Assembly: GCA_964496365.1 (NCBI GenBank)
Contig: CAZBZK010000007.1
Location: 1-47,483, forward strand
From: an uncultured bacterium
Lineage (GTDB): Bacteria > Fidelibacterota > Marinisomatia > Marinisomatales > AB-629-J13
Length of the DNA: 47,483 nt
Reading direction: 5' to 3'
Shown: positions 19,335 through 28,798 of the stretch, in pieces
How the letters are laid out: each line of letters opens with the position of its first letter
Position numbering within the stretch: the first letter of the stretch is position 1
The notes under the pieces: generated by a model
Seen by the model: the letters and a program-made list of their open reading frames with translations, nothing else
The model's database searches: none
Told to the model about the DNA's origin: nothing
Made by a program: the position numbers and the translations under genes

Positions 19335-20103
19335 TGGATTTATGTTTCATCTTTTGTTTCAATTCAGAATGAGTCTGACTTAATATTTGGCTTACTCTCC
19401 CTTCGGATAGGTTTAGTACAGTACCTATATCGGAAAGGGTTAAATTTTCATAATAATATAACGCAAGAATAAGTCGTTCTCGTTCAGATAATGCCTGGAT
19501 GTGACCTTTCAATTCATCTCGCAATTCCGATTCATCCATTTCTTCTTCTGGAGAAGGTTGGTTTTTATCCTCCATTATATCCATTCTGGACAAACTCTCA
19601 CCGTCATCATTTGCGAAAGAGTCATCCAGAGACACAGGTAAATTCAATTGGGCTAAATGTAATACCTTGCTAATATCATTGTGTTTTATTCCTGTTTCAT
19701 TTTGAAGTTCCAACAGAGAAGGTTCACGATCTAAATCCCTGGAAAGTTTTTCTTTCGCTGCATTTACCTTCGACAATTTCTGCATTTGATCTCTGGACAA
19801 AATACCCGTTCTTCTCAATGCATCAATTATCTCCCCATGAATCCTTCGATAAGCATAGGTTTTAAATGCGGTACCATTCTCAGGATCAAATCTTCCCAAT
19901 GCAAATAAGAGACCCACCACTCCAAATTGAAACAAATCATCTCTTTGAAGATTCAAATAGGTTCCAACATTAATTTTTCCTACGATGTGCCTTACTAAGG
20001 GTAAAAAGGCTCGAACTGCTTGATCTTTAATTAATTCATTTCCGGTATTGCAATATTCTCTAACTAAAGCTTCACCATCCATTTTTTTATGTTGCTGAAT
20101 CAT
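19327..20103 (-). CDS. fliA: Flagellar sigma factor FliA/WhiG (sigma28)
   Basis: DDLFQFGVVGL, RFDP...FKTYA and LSERERLILALYYYENLTLSDIGTVLNLSEGRVSQI. Confidence 0.94.
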   Translation of the reverse strand: MIQQHKKMDGEALVREYCNTGNELIKDQAVRAFLPLVRHIVGKINVGTYLNLQRDDLFQFGVVGLLFALGRFDPENGTAFKTYAYRRIHGEIIDALRRTGILSRDQMQKLSKVNAAKEKLSRDLDREPSLLELQNETGIKHNDISKVLHLAQLNLPVSLDDSFANDDGESLSRMDIMEDKNQPSPEEEMDESELRDELKGHIQALSERERLILALYYYENLTLSDIGTVLNLSEGRVSQILSQTHSELKQKMKHKSNV

Positions 20104-20109
20104 GAGATA

Positions 20110-20343
20110 TCAAGCACTTTGATTTAATTTTTGTTCTTCATCAAGGGAAGTTCCTTCATTTGGAGACATCATAACAACTCCCCATTTCATCAGTAATCCA
20201 CCTACGAAAAACACAAATAAAACACCAATATAGACTATTATACTTCTGATTATTCCTGTGAAAATTGAAATATTTATTGCCAAACTAATTATAAAACTAA
20301 TCAATGCAATAATTAATGCAATTTTATGTGGAAATTTATCCAT
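20110..20343 (-). CDS. Small two-TM membrane protein between flhG and fliA
   Basis: Two hydrophobic segments; overlaps the flhG stop. Confidence 0.7.
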   Translation of the reverse strand: MDKFPHKIALIIALISFIISLAINISIFTGIIRSIIVYIGVLFVFFVGGLLMKWGVVMMSPNEGTSLDEEQKLNQSA

Positions 20344-21208
20344 TGGCAGGTTCTATTTCTACATGCTTATAATTCATAAATCGCTCGAAAAAACTGTCTC
20401 TTTTTTTGGTATCCGTAACCGGCATTTTCATTAATCTACGGGTAATCATTCTTAGAGAATTCACCGGAACAGAATTTGGATAAAATAGAGATACTGGTTT
20501 TTGTTTTTGAACCGAATATTGTATAAGATTATCTTTAACGATAGATCCTCCATAAATCAAAGAACTATTCAAAAATCGTTGAACCATCAGGTTCATTTTT
20601 TTAAACATCGATTCACCATTTTCTTCATTCTCAACCATATTTGATACCATAACCACAGGGACATGTGGGTTTGAATGTCGAATTACTTTCACCATTCCGT
20701 ACGAATCTGCGATTGAAGCTGGATCAGGAGTGACAACCAAAATAATTTTATCAGCACCTACTACAAACGACATCACAGCATTATGAATGCCTGCTCCTGT
20801 ATCAACTATGACTGTATCATATTGATGATCAAATTGACTAAAAGAATCACCAAGTTTTTGAAGAATATTATTTTCTAAATCCAACATGTCTAAAATTGCA
20901 GATCCCGCTGGTAAAATATCAATTCCACCAGGTCCTTTGGTGATGACATCCTTCATCTCCACCTCACCTTTTATAACATCTGCAATTGAATAATTTGGTC
21001 GGATTCCCAAAAGCAAATCTACATTTCCTAAATGAATATCAGCATCGATTAATAAAACCCTTTTTTTCATTTTTGACATTAAAAGTGCAAGATTTACACT
21101 TATATTTGATTTGCCTACACCACCTTTTCCACTAGTAACAGCAATAATTTCCGGATGAAGTTTATCCATTTTCAAAACCGAAAGCGAAAATTGTTTCAAA
21201 TTATTCAT
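20336..21208 (-). CDS. flhG: MinD-like flagellar number regulator FlhG/FleN
   Basis: TSGKGGVGKS, DADIHLGNVD, VDTGAG and TPDPASIADSY; amphipathic SFFERF tail. Confidence 0.9.
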   Translation of the reverse strand: MNNLKQFSLSVLKMDKLHPEIIAVTSGKGGVGKSNISVNLALLMSKMKKRVLLIDADIHLGNVDLLLGIRPNYSIADVIKGEVEMKDVITKGPGGIDILPAGSAILDMLDLENNILQKLGDSFSQFDHQYDTVIVDTGAGIHNAVMSFVVGADKIILVVTPDPASIADSYGMVKVIRHSNPHVPVVMVSNMVENEENGESMFKKMNLMVQRFLNSSLIYGGSIVKDNLIQYSVQKQKPVSLFYPNSVPVNSLRMITRRLMKMPVTDTKKRDSFFERFMNYKHVEIEPANG

Positions 21209-21244
21209 TAGACTATAATTTAAGATGATTTTTGGGAGTTATTT

Positions 21245-21385
21245 TTACCATTTTAAACTGTGGATTTTTGATAAAATTTTATTATTTACTATCATTTTTG
21301 ATTCAAACAAATATAAATTGGGATTCACTGAATTCAAACTTAAACCTTTTGAGAATAAATTACCACAATATGTTTTATGCATCAT
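21245..21385 (-). pseudogene. Probable remnant of the flhF 5' end (46 codons)
   Basis: Hand-translated: MMHKTYCGNLFSKGLSLNSVNPNLYLFESKMIVNNKILSKIHSLKW. Start overlaps the flhA stop in the canonical flhF slot; weak likeness to the FlhF N-terminus. Confidence 0.45.
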
Positions 21386-23444
21386 TAGGAAATTGAATTG
21401 AACCAAATGTGTTCAAATGTGTATCGGATGTAAGTTCGGAATAAGACAATACGGATACATTGGGTAAAACCGGTTCAATGAAGTTTCGAACATATCGTCT
21501 AATTTGAGGGGATACAAGAAGTGTTGGACGACGATTATCAACTATCATTTTTTCGATATTTTCACCAATGGATTTAAATAGCATATTGACTTGTTCAGGA
21601 GTCAACCCTAAATTACGGGAATTGCCTTTTCCAGCCTTGATTTCACTCATAATTTGATCTTCTAATCGGGAATCAAATGTGGTAACCGCAACGTCTATAT
21701 TACCATTTTTAAATACATTTGTAATGGTATCGGCGAGTGAAATTCTGACATATTCCGTCAATGTATCTGTGTCTTTTGTCATGGCTGCATAATCTGCTAA
21801 CGTTTCTAAAATAATGACTAAATTTCGAACGGGTATTTTTTCTTTTAATAAATTTTTCAGAACCTGAGTAACGGTACCTAATGGTAATAATTCCGGGACT
21901 AATCCTTCAACTACAGCACCGTGAGTTTCTTTTAAATGGTCTAACATCCTTTGAGTTTCTTGTCTGTCAAAAAGCTTCCAAGCTTTCCCTTTTAATACTT
22001 CCATTAAGTGAGTTGCAATTACCGCAGGAGGTTCCACGACTGTAAAACCAGATGCTTCTGCCCTCTCCTTTTGATCTTTTGATATCCATTTTGCAGGTAA
22101 TCCAAATGTTGGTTCGGTAGTGTCCACACCTACTAATTCAATACTATCGTTGGGATTTAATACCAGAAAATAATCCAACATAACTTCACCCTTTACAACT
22201 TCCACATCATGAATTTTAAATACATATTCACTAGATCCTAATTGAATATTATCACGAATCCTGATAGGTGGAACCACAATCCCCAATTCTATTGCCAGAC
22301 TTTTACGAATTGTAGAAATCCTATCTAAAAGATTTCCGCCTTGATTTGCATCAACAAGGGGAATTAATCCATATCCAATTTCAATCTCGAATGGGTCGGG
22401 ATGTAAAAATGATTCAATTTTTTCTTCTTCAACCATGGGTGATTCTTCTGTGTCATCATCCTCTTTTGTATCATGTTTAAATTTCGATGCAAGATATCCT
22501 ACAGTAAATAAGATTCCAGACATAATTGCAAATGGGAAAAATGGCATCCCCGGCATCAAACCAATGAGTCCAATCACTGCCGAGCTTACTATAACGGCTT
22601 TCGGTTGCTTGGTTATCTGTGATTGGATATCTGCTGCAAAATCAGATTCACTTGTTGCTCGAGTGACAATAATTCCAGCGGCTGTTGAAATTATCAAAGC
22701 TGGTATTTGAGCCACCAAACCATCTCCAATTGTCAATAAAGTGTATGTCGATGCCGCTTCACCCAGTGCCATTCCTAACTGTAATGTTCCGATGGCTAAT
22801 CCACCAATGATATTGATGACTGTCATAAGGATTCCTGCGACGGCGTCTCCCCGGACAAATTTACTTGCTCCGTCCATTGCACCGTAAAAATCTGCTTCTC
22901 TAGAAATAGTTTCCCTTCGTTCTCTGGCTTGGATGTCATCTATTAATCCTGCGTTTAAATCCGCATCGATTGCCATTTGTTTCCCCGGCATTGCGTCCAA
23001 GGTAAAGCGTGCAGAAACTTCAGCGATTCGTGTAGCACCTTTGGTAATAACCACGAAATTTATTATAACCAAAATCAGAAAAATAACAGCACCCACAATG
23101 TAATTTCCACCCACAACAAAATTTCCAAAGGATTCTATGATTTCTCCCGCATAAGCATCCCCTAGAATCAATCGGGTTGTGGCTACATTTAATGATAGTC
23201 TAAATAGTGTAATAATCAAAAGTAATCCAGGAAATACAGAAAATTCCAAGGGTCTCAGAACATATAATGCTACGAATATGATCACCAAAGCACCTGTGAT
23301 ATTCATAACCAAAAACATGTCAATAAGAAATGTGGGCATGGGTAATAACATCACCCCCAAAATTAACATAACAGCAATTCCCAACATGGTACTGCTGTTA
23401 GTTCCTAGTATGGAAGCAAATCTTGTATTCTCTTTATTAGCCAT
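21375..23444 (-). CDS. flhA: Export gate protein FlhA
   Basis: RIAEVSARFTLDAMPGKQMAIDADL, FYGAMDGASKFVRGDA and TIGDGLVAQIP. Confidence 0.98.
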   Translation of the reverse strand: MANKENTRFASILGTNSSTMLGIAVMLILGVMLLPMPTFLIDMFLVMNITGALVIIFVALYVLRPLEFSVFPGLLLIITLFRLSLNVATTRLILGDAYAGEIIESFGNFVVGGNYIVGAVIFLILVIINFVVITKGATRIAEVSARFTLDAMPGKQMAIDADLNAGLIDDIQARERRETISREADFYGAMDGASKFVRGDAVAGILMTVINIIGGLAIGTLQLGMALGEAASTYTLLTIGDGLVAQIPALIISTAAGIIVTRATSESDFAADIQSQITKQPKAVIVSSAVIGLIGLMPGMPFFPFAIMSGILFTVGYLASKFKHDTKEDDDTEESPMVEEEKIESFLHPDPFEIEIGYGLIPLVDANQGGNLLDRISTIRKSLAIELGIVVPPIRIRDNIQLGSSEYVFKIHDVEVVKGEVMLDYFLVLNPNDSIELVGVDTTEPTFGLPAKWISKDQKERAEASGFTVVEPPAVIATHLMEVLKGKAWKLFDRQETQRMLDHLKETHGAVVEGLVPELLPLGTVTQVLKNLLKEKIPVRNLVIILETLADYAAMTKDTDTLTEYVRISLADTITNVFKNGNIDVAVTTFDSRLEDQIMSEIKAGKGNSRNLGLTPEQVNMLFKSIGENIEKMIVDNRRPTLLVSPQIRRYVRNFIEPVLPNVSVLSYSELTSDTHLNTFGSIQFPNDA

Positions 23445-24534
23445 TTGCCATTGTTCCGCTTATGTATGGATTTTGTTTCTGCAACTGATATACTTTTGCT
23501 AATATTTCAGCTACTGCTTGATAAAATAGAGGAGGAATTTCCATTCCTATCTCCAATGATTGGTGCAAAGTTCGTGCCAAAGGTTTATCTTCAATAATTG
23601 GAATTTGATGTTCAGTCGCTAATTTCTTGATACGTTCAGCGATTTTACGTTGTCCTTTAGCAACAACTTTTGGAGCATCGGAGGGTTCATTGGGTGAATA
23701 CCGTAAAGCCACAGCAATGTGTGTCGGGTTTGTTACGACGACAGTAGCATCGGGAACCGCATTCATCATCCGTGTTCGACTTAATTGTTTTTGTAAAGAT
23801 TTTATTCTGCCTTTCACTTCAGGATTTCCTCTCTCCTGAGTTTGTTCCTCTTTGACTTCCTGTTTTGTCATTTTAATATTTTTCTCATAATCATAGTTTT
23901 GCCAGGCATAATCTGCTGCTGCTAGGAAAATCAAGACCACGGCTATTTTAATACTTAATTCGAATAAATTGTCTCCAATGAAACTCAAAATACCCATAGA
24001 TCCAATATTTGAAATGGTATAATAATCTTTTAAATGTCCATGAATCACACTATAGGCGATGATTCCAATGATGGTTAATTTGAAAATCCCTTTAATGAAT
24101 TCTACCATGGATTTGGCTGAAAATAACCGACTTATGCCTTTAATAGGATTTACTTTACTAAATTTGGGTGTAATGGCTTTGACAGAAAAAAATAAACCCA
24201 CTTGTCCAATATTACTTGCCAATCCTACCACCATTATCACACCAAGAATGGGACTAATAACATCAAAAAAATACAGGATTCCATTTTGAAAATAACTACT
24301 GATGGATTGGGTGTCAAATCGAGTAGTCATCAATGTAGCATAAATTTGGGTTGTAAACTTAGTAACACCATTTAAGACACTATGTCCCATATATTTTAAT
24401 GCTAAAATACCACCGATTAATACCGCTACGGAATTAACGTCAACACTTCTAGCTACATTCCCTTTTTCCCTTTCCTTCTTTCTTTTTTTTGGAGTCGGAG
24501 CTTCTGTACGGCTATGTTTATCTTGTGTTGGCAT
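23437..24534 (-). CDS. flhB: Export switch protein FlhB
   Basis: RTEAPTPKK, KMTKQEVKEE...GNPEVKGRI and an intact NPTH autocleavage site. Confidence 0.97.
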   Translation of the reverse strand: MPTQDKHSRTEAPTPKKRKKEREKGNVARSVDVNSVAVLIGGILALKYMGHSVLNGVTKFTTQIYATLMTTRFDTQSISSYFQNGILYFFDVISPILGVIMVVGLASNIGQVGLFFSVKAITPKFSKVNPIKGISRLFSAKSMVEFIKGIFKLTIIGIIAYSVIHGHLKDYYTISNIGSMGILSFIGDNLFELSIKIAVVLIFLAAADYAWQNYDYEKNIKMTKQEVKEEQTQERGNPEVKGRIKSLQKQLSRTRMMNAVPDATVVVTNPTHIAVALRYSPNEPSDAPKVVAKGQRKIAERIKKLATEHQIPIIEDKPLARTLHQSLEIGMEIPPLFYQAVAEILAKVYQLQKQNPYISGTMANG

Positions 24535-25332
24535 TTATGATCCTGAAAGCTGTCGAATTAACAATCCTGTGAACTCAATAATCTCATCATAAACCGAATC
24601 AAACAAGATTTGGAACACATTTAAAGACACTAAAAGCATAATGAGTCCTGATAAAATTTTTAATGGAAGGGTGATAAAAAACACATTTAACTGAGGCATA
24701 GTACGAGCCATAAACCCAACACCTGCATCAATTAAAATTAAAAATGCAATGGATGGAGCTGCAAATCGTACTCCAATTTCATAAATTCTGGACCCCCCCT
24801 TTACAATGGTTTCTCCAGCTTCAGGAGATAATTCTCCTATGCCCAGAGGAATCATTTGAAAATTCCCAAACATCGTTTTGATAAAAAAATGATGTCCATC
24901 TACTGCTAAAAGCAATAGGATCATAATTGGCAACCAAAACTGAGTAATAATCGGAATTTGCTCCCTGCTGTTTGGATCCATAACATTTGCTATCCCCATT
25001 CCCATTTGAAGTCCTACGATACCTCCAGCAATTGCGAATCCCTCAAAAATAATTCGTGCTCCGAATCCTATAATCAATCCAATTATTATTTCTCGACCCA
25101 CAAGACCAAATAACACCCATAGATTTGTTATATGTGGGATGGTTCCCAAATTTAAAAGGGGTCCAATGATCACTGTTAAAATCAATCCAAACATTATTCT
25201 TGCTTTAACGGAAATCATGGGATAACTAAAAATAGGCAACGTCATGAGCATAGCTGACAATCGAGTGAATACCAACATATATCCTGGAACCAATACCGGT
25301 AAGCGGTCAACTAAATCAAAAAATGGAACCAT
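24535..25332 (-). CDS. fliR: Export gate protein FliR
   Basis: Polytopic membrane protein; AGGIVGLQMGMG..NVMDP, DGHH and RTMPQLNVF. Confidence 0.95.
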   Translation of the reverse strand: MVPFFDLVDRLPVLVPGYMLVFTRLSAMLMTLPIFSYPMISVKARIMFGLILTVIIGPLLNLGTIPHITNLWVLFGLVGREIIIGLIIGFGARIIFEGFAIAGGIVGLQMGMGIANVMDPNSREQIPIITQFWLPIMILLLLAVDGHHFFIKTMFGNFQMIPLGIGELSPEAGETIVKGGSRIYEIGVRFAAPSIAFLILIDAGVGFMARTMPQLNVFFITLPLKILSGLIMLLVSLNVFQILFDSVYDEIIEFTGLLIRQLSGS

Positions 25333-25404
25333 GATAAATTTACATTAAGAGGGTAATTAATTAACCAATAGAATATAAAATTTCATTGAATCATTCAATT
25401 GATT

Positions 25405-25674
25405 TTAGGGAGACATAAATGGAATTTGGTACATAATCTCTTGTGTAAAATTAACCAACACATCCAAAAACCATGGAGTGAGTATTAAAAGTACCAATGC
25501 TACAACCGCCATTTTCGGAATAAAGGTTAACGTCATTTCATGAATGGATGTAACGGCTTGAAAAATTCCAACTGCTAATCCAACCAATAACGTCGTTCCT
25601 AATAGCGGTGTGGCTATATACAAAACGGTGATCAAAGTTTCTCTGCTGATATAAGCTACAAAATCCGGAGTCAT
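25405..25674 (-). CDS. fliQ: Export gate protein FliQ
   Basis: VGLAVGIFQAVTSIHEMTLTFIPK signature. Confidence 0.96.
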   Translation of the reverse strand: MTPDFVAYISRETLITVLYIATPLLGTTLLVGLAVGIFQAVTSIHEMTLTFIPKMAVVALVLLILTPWFLDVLVNFTQEIMYQIPFMSP

Positions 25675-26483
25675 TAAGAAAATCCTTTAACCAATGATTC
25701 AATAACAAGATACCATCCATCTACTAAAACGAATAAAAGCAATTTAAAAGGTAATGAAATCATGATGGGAGGTAACATCATCATTCCCATGGAAAGCAAC
25801 ACACTAGATACCACCATATCAATTGCCAACATAGGTAGATACAATAAAAACCCAATTTGAAATGCAGTTTTTAACTCGCTTATGATAAATGCAGGAATAA
25901 TTGTAAATATGGATAAGTCTTCTAATGACGTAGGTTTATCAGCTTGTCTCAATTGAAGGAAGAGTCCAATATCCCTTTCTCGAGTTTGATCTAACATAAA
26001 CGATTTTATGGGTATCGCTGCAATTTCCACTGCTTCTTCCTGCGTAATTTCTTCATTCAAATAGGGACGTAGTGCTGTATCGTTGATTTCTGTGATTACC
26101 GGTTTCATTATGAACACAGATATAAACAGTGCCAATCCAATCAAAATTTGGTTTGAAGGGACGGTTTGAGTTGACAAAGCAGACCGTAAAAAATGGAATA
26201 CGACAACAAGTCGTGTAAATGAAGTCATCATAATCAAAATAGAAGGTGCTAAAGATAATATGGTTATGAGAAAAACAATCTGCATTGTGAGAACAAAATC
26301 TGAGGGGGCAGATGCTTTCTCCAGTCCCATGGTAATTTTCGGGAGTATATTTTGAGCTTTGGTAAGACCGGGAAGAATGAATGCAATGAAGATGATTCCC
26401 ATCTTTTTTGGATTAAACTTGGTCATTTTAATATAATAATTTGGGTTGAAATGTGAAGTTAATTTCGGACCTTGGGATTTCAT
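25674..26483 (-). CDS. fliP: Export gate protein FliP
   Basis: LAPSILIMMTSFTR, PAFIISELKTAFQIG and MGMMMLPP...LPFKLLLFVLVDGW. True start may be a downstream ATG. Confidence 0.97.
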   Translation of the reverse strand: MKSQGPKLTSHFNPNYYIKMTKFNPKKMGIIFIAFILPGLTKAQNILPKITMGLEKASAPSDFVLTMQIVFLITILSLAPSILIMMTSFTRLVVVFHFLRSALSTQTVPSNQILIGLALFISVFIMKPVITEINDTALRPYLNEEITQEEAVEIAAIPIKSFMLDQTRERDIGLFLQLRQADKPTSLEDLSIFTIIPAFIISELKTAFQIGFLLYLPMLAIDMVVSSVLLSMGMMMLPPIMISLPFKLLLFVLVDGWYLVIESLVKGFS

Positions 26484-26929
26484 GTGTTCGATTGAATTTC
26501 ATCGCTAAAATCTTTCACCAGATTAATAGATTGATCCGTTATTCCCATCAATAATTTTTTTCCGTCAATTTCAACCATCATCAAGTATTGTTTCGGGCTA
26601 ATATGTTGTTTTCCTATAACCTCCATAGAAAAATATTCACTGTCGATGGAAAATTTGCTTTTATACCAGCGCAAACCAAGGATGATAAAAATAATTATAA
26701 CTCCGGTTATACCTAAAGTCTTCAGTAAATATTGGGAGTAATTGGATTGAAAAGGGACTGTTTGTCCATTTTGCCCCGTCTCTAATTGAGGAGATTTATT
26801 CCCATTTCCCTCACCTGGAAACATCATAAACACTATGATGACAAGTAATGCTGCAACTATTAGTGCAACCTTAGGATTAACCGTTGAATTTCCCCTATGT
26901 TTTTCAACGAATCGTTTAAGTTGGATCAT
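26480..26929 (-). CDS. fliO: Flagellar biosynthesis protein FliO
   Basis: TM segments followed by ISPKQYLMMVEIDGKKLLMGITDQSINLV; lies between fliN and fliP. Confidence 0.85.
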   Translation of the reverse strand: MIQLKRFVEKHRGNSTVNPKVALIVAALLVIIVFMMFPGEGNGNKSPQLETGQNGQTVPFQSNYSQYLLKTLGITGVIIIFIILGLRWYKSKFSIDSEYFSMEVIGKQHISPKQYLMMVEIDGKKLLMGITDQSINLVKDFSDEIQSNT

Positions 26930-27792
26930 CCCAAACTTTTGATTCTTTCTTTAGTGGAAGCCAATTTTGTGATTCTAATTCCAAAATTATCATCCACCAC
27001 CACCACTTCACCTTCCGCAAGTTTTCTGTTATTTACATAGATAGTCAATGGCTCACCTGCAGATTTGTCCAATTCAATTAAAGAGCCTTTTCCCAATTTC
27101 AAGACATCTTGAATTTTCATAGATTTGCGACCTAATTCAACCAATACTTCTAATTCAACATCCAATAACATATCAATATTTCTTGGAGTACCGTTGTCAC
27201 CATTCTCTGACGTAAACGTATCAAACTCCGCTTGAGATACATCCACAAAATCATCGGCTGATTCAGTGGAACCCCATGAATATTGGTACACTTGGATTAC
27301 ATCTTTTTCGATTATGAGTTTATGAATGGCTGCAACACCGCCATTCTCTGGAAGTGCTTTTGAAAATTCTTCTGCTGAATCAAAAACCGAAACCGTCACA
27401 TTTTTAAAGGAAAAATTCGTATCATTTTTTCCAATCAATTCCGATGTTTTTAATAATAGTTTCTCAATCCCATTTTCTAAAATTTCGCTATGGTCCTGCG
27501 GTAGGAATTCTTTTATTTTTTTTCCACTCATCATGGAATAAATTGCCGAACCTGAATCCATCCCCAATGTAAAAATATGGTAGAGATTAGAAGACTCCTC
27601 GGATGTTGAAAATTGAATTCCTAACAGAGGATATTCCTCACCTAATGCCTGTTCATTAAACAGAAGATCTTCTGGTATTTCGGAAGATACTTTTATTGAT
27701 TTTTGATTCAATACATCTTGGATACTTTCTGTTATTGAATCCTGATTGCTACTTAACCATTCGTTTAAACTATTTCGATCTAGGTTACTCAT
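26926..27792 (-). CDS. fliN: Switch protein FliN with long N-terminal (FliY-like) extension
   Basis: C-terminal SpoA domain LDVELEVLVELGR...LDKSAGEP...AEGEVVVVDDNFGIRI; about 200 aa divergent N-region. Confidence 0.9.
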   Translation of the reverse strand: MSNLDRNSLNEWLSSNQDSITESIQDVLNQKSIKVSSEIPEDLLFNEQALGEEYPLLGIQFSTSEESSNLYHIFTLGMDSGSAIYSMMSGKKIKEFLPQDHSEILENGIEKLLLKTSELIGKNDTNFSFKNVTVSVFDSAEEFSKALPENGGVAAIHKLIIEKDVIQVYQYSWGSTESADDFVDVSQAEFDTFTSENGDNGTPRNIDMLLDVELEVLVELGRKSMKIQDVLKLGKGSLIELDKSAGEPLTIYVNNRKLAEGEVVVVDDNFGIRITKLASTKERIKSLG

Positions 27793-28768
27793 TTTCTTCT
27801 CCTGTAGTAACTGAATTTATTCGACACGAATATCTTTGATGATATTGCCCAACGGTTGCCGAAAATATTTTCTTATTGTTAACGGTGATGGGTATATCTT
27901 GTGAGATACGAGTGTTTAGAGTTAATACATCATCGCATTCAAGTTGGATAAAATCTTGAACGGATATATTCACTTTTCCTAAAACCGCTCTTAACATCAT
28001 TTTAGTTTGATTTACACTATGTGCGACTTTGTCTGATCCCGTGATGGTAGGTTCTTTTTCACCTAATAAAAATTGTTCCTTTAAATCGAGAGATGATAGT
28101 AAGGAGGTAATCCATTTATAAGGATAACAAATATTCATCAACGTCGAATTTCCTCTAACTTTTGCTTCGATTGATATTATCACAACCGATTCAGATGCTG
28201 GAATAATTTGTACAAATTCCGGATTATGTTCGAACCGAGTAATTTGACAATTAATTTTTTTTAATGGATGCCAAGCTGTCTGAACTTCTTTACTTACTAT
28301 TTGAATCATTCGATTCATAATTCGTTTTTCGATGAGTGAAATTGGACGAGACTGTTCCATAAAACTTCCTTGCCCGCCAAGGAGCCTTTCAACGATAAAA
28401 ATAACCAGTTGAGGACTTATCTCGAATATAAATTTGGAATCGGGGTTTTCCAGTTTTCCAACATAAAGAGCTCCAGGTGTGGAAATGGATCGTACATAAT
28501 CGCCATATCGTATTTGATCCACCGCCACAAGATTCATATCTACAATCATTCGTAATTGTTCTGACAGATAAACGCTAATATTTTTAATCAAATTATCATG
28601 TAGATTTTCCATAAGTCTAATTTGATTTTTGTGTACTAGATTGGGATGTTTAAAATCATACATCCAGATTCCTCTATTTTCTTTGTCTGTCATAGAGATA
28701 GGATCACCGCTATCTGAGACATCGGTCAATAAGGCATCAATTTCTTCTTTTGATAGTATTGTAGACAT
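27785..28768 (-). CDS. fliM: Switch protein FliM
   Basis: ILSKEEIDALL, YDFKHP, RLLGGQG, NPEFVQI and MNICYPY. Confidence 0.95.
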   Translation of the reverse strand: MSTILSKEEIDALLTDVSDSGDPISMTDKENRGIWMYDFKHPNLVHKNQIRLMENLHDNLIKNISVYLSEQLRMIVDMNLVAVDQIRYGDYVRSISTPGALYVGKLENPDSKFIFEISPQLVIFIVERLLGGQGSFMEQSRPISLIEKRIMNRMIQIVSKEVQTAWHPLKKINCQITRFEHNPEFVQIIPASESVVIISIEAKVRGNSTLMNICYPYKWITSLLSSLDLKEQFLLGEKEPTITGSDKVAHSVNQTKMMLRAVLGKVNISVQDFIQLECDDVLTLNTRISQDIPITVNNKKIFSATVGQYHQRYSCRINSVTTGEENE

Positions 28769-28798
28769 AAGTGTATTAAAATTAAGTTTAGATTTTTG

